A DNA stretch of 64,000 bases from a virus, in the IMG/VR virus record IMGVR_UViG_3300009181_007093; one strand, given 5' to 3'. Shown here piece by piece: positions 55,054-61,941 of the stretch. The position numbers and the translations under genes are program-made. Numbering within the stretch: the first letter of the stretch is position 1; each line of letters opens with the position of its first letter. The notes under the pieces are model-generated. The model saw only the letters and a list, made by a program, of their open reading frames with translations, searched no databases and was not told the origin of the DNA.

Positions 55054-56425
55054 TTTTTACCTTTTCTACTATTTGTGAAATTAAATTCGTTGTTGAAAAA
55101 CCTGACACCATCGGAAAAACACAAACCTCTGCTGCGTGGCTAGCACCTACAATATCCTCTTTTTTGTATTCAGAACCTTTAACAATTACATCCGGAAGTA
55201 TTTCTTGGATAATGTTAAGAGGCGTTTTTTCATCAAAAACAACAATATAGTCTATTGATTCTAAAGATGATAACACTTTTATTCTATCACATAAGGACTG
55301 TATAGGTCTACCCTTCTTTAGTTGAGAAACACTTCTGTCTGTATTAATTCCTACTACTAGTTTCTCTCCTTTTGACTTAGAAAAGTTAAGAAGCTCAATA
55401 TGTCCGGTATGCAATAAGTCAAAACACCCATTTGTAAAAACTAATTTAAAGTCTCTTCTTCTCAAATCGGAAGCGTTTACAACTTTATCTTTGCCAACTA
55501 AATCAAGCTTGTTTATTGGCTCATTGTACTTTTTACGCACATAGATCAAACCCGCTTCTAATGCTATTTTAGATGCTTCTAGTATTGAGGCTCCTCTAAC
55601 AAGAGCCATAGTTAAAAATGCGACAAAACAATCCCCAGCACCTATAACCGATTCTGCCTGAGGTGCTGTGCAATCTGGAAATATCTCAACTGCCTTGATT
55701 CCTTCTGCCTGATTAGAAATTACCGTTATGCATTTATCTTCATTTGTTATGACAACATGTTCACAATTAATCTTTTTAATTATCCATATACCAGCATCAA
55801 TAGCGTTGCTACAGCCAGATATTGATATTGCTTCTTTGTAGTTTGGCTTAAAAACGGTACATCCATTCCACTTTTCAATATTCTTACATTTGGAATCAAC
55901 TACAGTTATGGGAACATTTTTTATCAAAGACGGCAAATAGTGCTCACAAACGCCTTTGTCATAATCAGAGAATATTAATGCTGAAAACTCCCCTATTCTA
56001 GGTAAGTTTTTATCGTATAACTCTTGACATAATTCCAGTATAGATTGTGAATCCATTCCATAGAATTCTTCTTCAATGTCCCATCGATAAGTAGGAAAAT
56101 TTTCGCTATAGAACCTTCTTTTCCTTGGTATATTATTTTCTATCATCAAACATAACGACGTATCTATGTTATGTTCTTCAAGTTGCAGTTTAGACTCTTG
56201 ATCTAAAAAACATAAAAGTTTAGCTTCAATGCTAAAATGAGAAAACTGATGTGCTACATTTGCTGCTCCGCCAGGACATATTTTAGATTTGTCCGTTTTT
56301 GAATGCATCACCGGTATTGGAAATTCTGGCGATATTTTTTTTACATTAACAAAGAAATATTCATCAATCATGGCATCGCCAATAATGCCTATTTTTTTAT
56401 TTTCTCCAATCAAATATTTCATCAT
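55046..56425 (-). CDS. hldE: Bifunctional heptose-7-phosphate kinase / heptose-1-phosphate adenylyltransferase
   Basis: GDAMIDEY...ISPEFPIPV, GGAANVA, SDYDKG, GAGD, FTNGCFDLLHTGH, GFSTT. Confidence 0.95.
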   Translation of the reverse strand: MMKYLIGENKKIGIIGDAMIDEYFFVNVKKISPEFPIPVMHSKTDKSKICPGGAANVAHQFSHFSIEAKLLCFLDQESKLQLEEHNIDTSLCLMIENNIPRKRRFYSENFPTYRWDIEEEFYGMDSQSILELCQELYDKNLPRIGEFSALIFSDYDKGVCEHYLPSLIKNVPITVVDSKCKNIEKWNGCTVFKPNYKEAISISGCSNAIDAGIWIIKKINCEHVVITNEDKCITVISNQAEGIKAVEIFPDCTAPQAESVIGAGDCFVAFLTMALVRGASILEASKIALEAGLIYVRKKYNEPINKLDLVGKDKVVNASDLRRRDFKLVFTNGCFDLLHTGHIELLNFSKSKGEKLVVGINTDRSVSQLKKGRPIQSLCDRIKVLSSLESIDYIVVFDEKTPLNIIQEILPDVIVKGSEYKKEDIVGASHAAEVCVFPMVSGFSTTNLISQIVEKVKND

Positions 56426-56464
56426 TATAATATATGAAAAAAAAGATTATCAATCAAGTCGTTT

Positions 56465-57121
56465 TTAGTTATTTTGGTTTTTTATTTCTTTTTTAATTTT
56501 ACTCATTCCAATTTCTGTAAGTACCATGAATTTATATCCTCTTGCCTCACAAAAGTATTGGCACGCTGCCCATTTTGCATTATTTTTAGGCAAGCTTGTT
56601 TGATTGGAAGGCTTTATTTCCCATATTTCAACTCTGTTGTTAAAAAAAATTTGCAAGTCAGGATTGTATTCGTGTGGCTCACCTTGGAAACTGTATGGCA
56701 CTGCGAACGGCTCTACTTTGTATCCTACAACATCATTCATAGCTTCCAGACATTCATATACTTCACACTCCATTCCGGATCTGTAATGAACCTCTTTGCC
56801 GTTTTTTACAGAATACATATAGCCTTCTCTAAACTTAGGCTTTCTCTGCGTCATTTTTCCTGTTTTATGATTTTGGTCTTTCCATATCGTTGCTTTCAAT
56901 TGACCTTTTTTTGGAATAGATTCTGTTTTGTGATTAACTAAAAAATGTTGTCTTAAATCTCTTACACATGCTCCACACCTTTCAAGAGGGCATTTTATAT
57001 ATTCTCTGCCCTCTTCATGGTTTTCTACAATGTGATCTGTAAACTCTTTAAAACAAGTGTAGCTCAAACCACATACAAAACAGGCGTAGTGTCGTATAGC
57101 ATTGTTTTGAAAAGGAAACAT
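56465..57121 (-). CDS. T4 gp4-like head-completion / TnsA-like endonuclease with two N-terminal C2H2-type Zn fingers
   Basis: YRSGME...EPFAVPY...YNPDL...EIKP..QT...N.AKWAA...C...G.KF..LTE. Confidence 0.85.
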   Translation of the reverse strand: MFPFQNNAIRHYACFVCGLSYTCFKEFTDHIVENHEEGREYIKCPLERCGACVRDLRQHFLVNHKTESIPKKGQLKATIWKDQNHKTGKMTQRKPKFREGYMYSVKNGKEVHYRSGMECEVYECLEAMNDVVGYKVEPFAVPYSFQGEPHEYNPDLQIFFNNRVEIWEIKPSNQTSLPKNNAKWAACQYFCEARGYKFMVLTEIGMSKIKKEIKNQNN

Positions 57122-57122
57122 T

Positions 57123-57413
57123 TTACCTACTTTTCAATATTTGCTTTATTATTTCTTTTTTGTCACAAACTTCTATTTCTGGCATGTCTTTCTCAATGAA
57201 AACTTCTTTTTTGTTTGTACTGATATTTTTTGCAACAAAACTTACTTTTTCATCTGCGGTCATATCTTCCGTGTCATGCGACTTAATTTTTGCAAATATA
57301 ATCCTATTATCCTCGGTAGCCACATAATAATTTCCATTTTTTTTAAAAAATAAAGTGTAGCCTTCTGAGTCTAAACTATTAGATATATTAAAAAAGTTTT
57401 CCCAAGTAATCAT
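57123..57413 (-). CDS. Hypothetical protein
   Basis: SD AAGGA; shares a TATATATATA element with the divergent gene. Confidence 0.6.
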   Translation of the reverse strand: MITWENFFNISNSLDSEGYTLFFKKNGNYYVATEDNRIIFAKIKSHDTEDMTADEKVSFVAKNISTNKKEVFIEKDMPEIEVCDKKEIIKQILKSR

Positions 57414-57456
57414 TAATAATTCCTTTAAATAACCTATTATCTTATATATATATAAT

Positions 57457-57849
57457 ATGTTAAATGCCTGTAGTTTTAAAACGTTCTTTTTCCATGAACA
57501 GCAAAAAAAAGCTGACTACCTTGCCGCTTTGGGCGACGAAGAAGGAATTGAATGGAGCAATCTTGTTAAAATATTAGAAACAGAGCCTTGGATTTCCTCG
57601 CATTTTGGCTTAGGAAGCCCAAATAAAGAAATACTGTATAAGCTCTCAGCATGGGAAGTTGTTAAAGGATCATTATCGCCACAAGGAGCCGATATAAGAT
57701 TAAAACCACAAACAGGTAGTAGAAGCTATTTATCTGGTAATAAGCTTAACAAATCTAGCTATCAAGATAAAAAAAGGTATCACTTAAACAGAAAAGAATT
57801 AACCAGTTTTCTTACAACAGGCTGGTCTCCAGCTTTAGGCGGAGTATGA
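57457..57849 (+). CDS. Hypothetical protein with SFKTFF N-terminal motif
   Basis: TATATATATATAAT directly before ATG. Confidence 0.65.
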   Translation: MLNACSFKTFFFHEQQKKADYLAALGDEEGIEWSNLVKILETEPWISSHFGLGSPNKEILYKLSAWEVVKGSLSPQGADIRLKPQTGSRSYLSGNKLNKSSYQDKKRYHLNRKELTSFLTTGWSPALGGV

Positions 57850-58019
57850 ATTTTAAAGAATGGATTAAATTAAAAGAAACAGGAACCTCTACAGCATCTA
57901 TTGCTGTATTTGCTAGACCTTTGTTTAGTAGTCCAATTAAAAGAATTCCAACACAGAAACTTAAAGTATCAGACAAAAAGTCAGTTGCTACCGTTAACTC
58001 CGAAATCCCTATTTTGTAG
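57846..58019 (+). CDS. 57-aa protein MNFKEWIKLKETGTSTASIAVFARPLFS...
   Basis: Below the track cutoff; ATGA overlap with upstream gene; similar to 51251..51490. Confidence 0.65.
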   Translation: MNFKEWIKLKETGTSTASIAVFARPLFSSPIKRIPTQKLKVSDKKSVATVNSEIPIL

Positions 58020-58102
58020 TGCCCTTGCTTCTATAGCTATGAATCAATGGTTTTTTGATTCTAAACTTAGCAGGAGTTATACGGGTCGGTGCAACTATCT
58101 CC
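57975..58102 (-). ncRNA. Candidate small structured RNA
   Basis: agttgc/gcaact, accg/cggt, taactcc/ggagtta and gaatcaa/ttgattc pairings; TGtTAGGAT extended -10 at 58107..58115; U-run after the closing stem. Confidence 0.4.
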
Positions 58103-58145
58103 GGCGATCCTAACATGCACTTAAAAAAGTGAAAAAAATACTTAA

Positions 58146-58748
58146 TCATTTTGGATCGATTATATTAGAAAAGAGTGAGGATATAAATAGTAATATTGAC
58201 TTATTCTTTTCTTCAATAGTCATGGATGCGTTCTCAATAATCAAATCAAAATTAGACCAGTCATATGATGATTTGTCTAAAGAGCTTTCGCTGGTAGATT
58301 TCGAGTTAAATGGGTCTAAATCTAACCTTATATTATATCCACCACACTTTTTGATCGCCTCTACCTCATTTGGGAATCTACAATCAGAAATAATAGCTAA
58401 GTCTAGATTTTCTTTTTTAATCTTATTAATTGTGGCGTCCACCCACACATTGTTTTTTAATGCTCTAAATACTTTTGTTCCAATAATCTCCATAGATTCT
58501 CGAGCAGTTAATTGTACTCCATCCCAACAAATATCCGTCATTGTATTTTTATCATCGTCGGTACCATAACATTGGTCATAAGATAACCCCAATATATTGA
58601 TACAAATATCCTGTTTTAAAGGATCTGCAAAACTGTACACTTTGCAAGAAAAATTAAAACTATTTTTCTCCATAAAAGACATAATATAATCGGCAGACGA
58701 GCTTTTGCCAGATTGCTTGCGTCCAGAAAGTCCTATGATTACAGTCAT
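58146..58748 (-). CDS. Deoxynucleoside monophosphate kinase (T4 gp1-like)
   Basis: IIGLSGRKQSGKS, SFADPLK, GT.VFR, ISDCRFPNE; promoter TTGACA-17-TATGCT at 58849..58877. Confidence 0.9.
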   Translation of the reverse strand: MTVIIGLSGRKQSGKSSSADYIMSFMEKNSFNFSCKVYSFADPLKQDICINILGLSYDQCYGTDDDKNTMTDICWDGVQLTARESMEIIGTKVFRALKNNVWVDATINKIKKENLDLAIISDCRFPNEVEAIKKCGGYNIRLDLDPFNSKSTSESSLDKSSYDWSNFDLIIENASMTIEEKNKSILLFISSLFSNIIDPK

Positions 58749-58898
58749 GTATCTGTCTATTTCTGTAGAAAAATTTATTCCTCAAGTTATTGAGGTTTCG
58801 TTTAATCCAGTGAAGCACACTCTACTATTTTAGCACAATATTTTCAAAAGCATAGCAAAAACAAAAAATCATGTCAATACTGTAAATAGAAAGATAAC

Positions 58899-59174
58899 AT
58901 GTCTAAAAAAATAGAACCTATATGCAAAAATTGCTTGTTATATGACGGCAATAAAAAACAATGTAAAGTTGCTATTTTGGTAGAAGGTACCGAGTACCAT
59001 TTGCCTGTTAGTCCCAATGATAAATGCCACATGGAAGAACTTGGAATAGAAGTCGAGCAAGTACGTTGGTGGGTAGAAGACTCTGAAGGAAAGCCAACGA
59101 ATAAAAAAGGAATTGTAAAAATTGAATATCCAAAAAATTTCTTTGGTTATGGAAAGAATATAAATGTCATGTGA
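58899..59174 (+). CDS. Small Cys-containing hypothetical protein
   Basis: CKNC..C..C; TAAATA upstream. Confidence 0.6.
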   Translation: MSKKIEPICKNCLLYDGNKKQCKVAILVEGTEYHLPVSPNDKCHMEELGIEVEQVRWWVEDSEGKPTNKKGIVKIEYPKNFFGYGKNINVM

Positions 59175-61941
59175 GCCACCATATGATTGTCCGGCTGCTA
59201 CAGGATCAGGAACCTGGTGTGATATTCCTTGCTGCCACTGCTGCCCACCTTGTCCATGTCACACCAGTGCCACATTCACATATGCTGCTGGCTCATTGCG
59301 ATCAGATCAGTTGAATACTGGTGCCTGCTGTATAACCTCCCAAGATTATGGTCCATGCTACCATATTGTAGCAATGAGTGGGCATGGCTTATCACAGTGG
59401 GCTAACGGTGCGGCTCCCGCCTCATTAGGAGGATACGCATCCGTTCCGGGATGGTATGGTAACTATTACAAGTTAATTGCAGGCACCACTTCAGGCAGTT
59501 GCATGGGCTCGCAACCAACTATGGATACTACCGATACTGATGCACAGATGAACTCGATGTTTCAGGATGCTATTGTCATTAATGGGTCGGCCTACGGCAC
59601 GACATCTCCGTATGGCATGACTAACCCCCCTGATCAGTCGTATTTACATTGCTTTGAATTCGTTGATAATTTTGGAGTGGATGTTTGCGGGGGAGCACCA
59701 TATGATCCAGTGTATGTCACAAGCTGTAGCACTGATTACTCTGAGGGCGAATGTGCCGCTGCAAGTGGGACTTACACACCAAATGCAAGCTGCTTCTCCA
59801 CAGAACAAGCAGGAGAAGACGAAGATACAGGATGTGTATGCTTGCCACAACGAACACCTATTGTTGTCGACTGCAATAATCCTTCTCCTGAAGGAAATGT
59901 TGGCGTTGAATTTACTGGTTCTGGAAGTGCCGATGATCTTGCTAATTGGGCAGATAAAAATGGTTCACCAGCAGTATATTTACCAGGACAAGGAGATTCA
60001 ATAACAATTTCTGGCTCTATGACAACCGTTTCTGGACTACACATGCTAAGTGTAAAGACTTTTTCTACTGTTATTGTAACCGCCACCGGTAATATGGGAA
60101 TTGACATGAAGTGCTCGGATAAAGCAACTATTTGGGGCACAATAAGTGGGAATCTTGATGTTTACACACTCTGTACTTTCAAGGTAACAGGACACATCAG
60201 TTCAACTGGCGTCTTAACAACACAGAACGCTCGCTTTTATAATGATAGCTATAATGATGGAAAAATATTCGGTAAGCATGGTGGTGGAAGCTTTGATACA
60301 GTATTTTATGATAGCAGTCAAAATAATGGAGATATTGTTGGAAATTGGTACAGTCCCATAATTAATCCTTCGAAAGGCAATGTATCATTCAGTACGACGA
60401 GCACTTCAGACATGAGCCTTTCTAAGGGTAAAAATGGTCCAACTGGAAGGATATGGCTACCATGTACATTCTATGGCAACGCTAAAAATGAAGGAATTAT
60501 AGTCAACAGAGGTGACGGCATAAATACTGTACCTGTAACTACATTCAAGCAATATGCAAAAAATACCGGAACAATTTGGGGCGGCGAAGTCGAAAACGCT
60601 TTTCCTGGTACTGTATTCGACGGATCTCGACGAGTAGCGACTCCTAATCGTTCAATAAACAAAGGAACAATTTACGGATCTGTTGAATTCTTAGGTGGAG
60701 AGGGAAATGGAGATACAGGAACGGTTTTTGGAAAAGCTAGGTTCTATACTGGATCAAGCAATTCTGGAGTTGTAAAAGGGTATAATTATAATTACTTGCA
60801 CCTCAATGAATTTCCATTACCGAACTTAGTTGCAATCGATCCAGATGGACAGTATACCCATGACGCGAATACCAAATACTCATCGACCTTCTATGCAGGA
60901 TCACTAGCTCAAGGCACTACTTTCGGGCTCAGACGAGGCGGAGAATATAGACAATTCGCACCAGCCTTTTCGGTGGGCAATCCCGAGGGCGTTAGTTCAG
61001 AAACCGTTTATACGACCGAACCTTCTGATGCACTTTCAGAGCCAACTCCTCCTGTTCCTCCTGAGCCTCCGGAAGGAATATTTGATATGCGTTTTTTACC
61101 ATATCCAAAAGAAATAAATCATACACAACAAAACAAACCTTTAATACATTTTTCTACTTGCGTTGAAGGAGGCTGTTCAGGATGGGTAGCATCAAATGGA
61201 AAATGCATTAAAACAGAATCTTCTGTTGCTGGCACCCTTGTTTATAGGGATGTTACAAGTTGTTTATGCAATTCATACCAAGATGTATATGCTTGCAAAG
61301 AAATGGCAAAGAAAAACTTATATCCAAGTTTATCATCAGAATTTCCAAAGTTTAATTATGATCTTTCAAAAGACTTTACACTAAATGTAGACGATAACGC
61401 ATATAAAGACGATGAAGGAAATACCATGAGCGTTTTAACTTATTCCTGTTCTGTGCCCTGTGAAGAAGTTGTTGTAACTTTAGAATTTACTGGTTGTTGT
61501 ATGGCAAATCTTGAAATACTAGGTTCTACAACTGCAGATTGGTCAGAAGGACGCCCAGTGTTTGCACGTGAAGTTCATTTTATTGCAATAGGAGATGGTA
61601 CGGTTTCAGTAGAAAATGATGAAGATGGTCCATGCAAGACCATATGCAATGGTTGGGTATTTTTAATAAGTATAAATGGTGCTGCTTCGGTACATACAAA
61701 TTCAGCGGCTGTAGTAAATTGTGATTCTGTGGTGGTGTCATGGATTCCACCAGCTCCAGTTTCTTGTTGTCTTCACTGTTTAGTTGATTATTCATTTACT
61801 AGTTTACCTGCTTGCGAAAATGTTGTTTCTGTAGCTGGTATACGTCGTAAAAATAAAAAAACTATAAGCAAAAAGAAACTAATCAAAAAAATAAAAGATC
61901 AAACGAACAAAAATAGAGTCAAAAAGAAGCGGAATCTTTAA
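59164..61941 (+). CDS. Large Cys-rich protein with beta-helix-like central repeats (putative virion/receptor-binding protein)
   Basis: 925 aa; repeated F...S.N.G.I.G units; Cys clusters at both ends; basic C-terminal tail. Confidence 0.65.
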   Translation: MSCEPPYDCPAATGSGTWCDIPCCHCCPPCPCHTSATFTYAAGSLRSDQLNTGACCITSQDYGPCYHIVAMSGHGLSQWANGAAPASLGGYASVPGWYGNYYKLIAGTTSGSCMGSQPTMDTTDTDAQMNSMFQDAIVINGSAYGTTSPYGMTNPPDQSYLHCFEFVDNFGVDVCGGAPYDPVYVTSCSTDYSEGECAAASGTYTPNASCFSTEQAGEDEDTGCVCLPQRTPIVVDCNNPSPEGNVGVEFTGSGSADDLANWADKNGSPAVYLPGQGDSITISGSMTTVSGLHMLSVKTFSTVIVTATGNMGIDMKCSDKATIWGTISGNLDVYTLCTFKVTGHISSTGVLTTQNARFYNDSYNDGKIFGKHGGGSFDTVFYDSSQNNGDIVGNWYSPIINPSKGNVSFSTTSTSDMSLSKGKNGPTGRIWLPCTFYGNAKNEGIIVNRGDGINTVPVTTFKQYAKNTGTIWGGEVENAFPGTVFDGSRRVATPNRSINKGTIYGSVEFLGGEGNGDTGTVFGKARFYTGSSNSGVVKGYNYNYLHLNEFPLPNLVAIDPDGQYTHDANTKYSSTFYAGSLAQGTTFGLRRGGEYRQFAPAFSVGNPEGVSSETVYTTEPSDALSEPTPPVPPEPPEGIFDMRFLPYPKEINHTQQNKPLIHFSTCVEGGCSGWVASNGKCIKTESSVAGTLVYRDVTSCLCNSYQDVYACKEMAKKNLYPSLSSEFPKFNYDLSKDFTLNVDDNAYKDDEGNTMSVLTYSCSVPCEEVVVTLEFTGCCMANLEILGSTTADWSEGRPVFAREVHFIAIGDGTVSVENDEDGPCKTICNGWVFLISINGAASVHTNSAAVVNCDSVVVSWIPPAPVSCCLHCLVDYSFTSLPACENVVSVAGIRRKNKKTISKKKLIKKIKDQTNKNRVKKKRNL

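Noticed and set aside
58760-58830. Hammerhead-like element (GAAAC-CUCAA hairpin) upstream of the dNMP kinase
   Set aside because: Lacks the CUGAnGA core and the GUH cleavage triplet; only a simple hairpin is supported.
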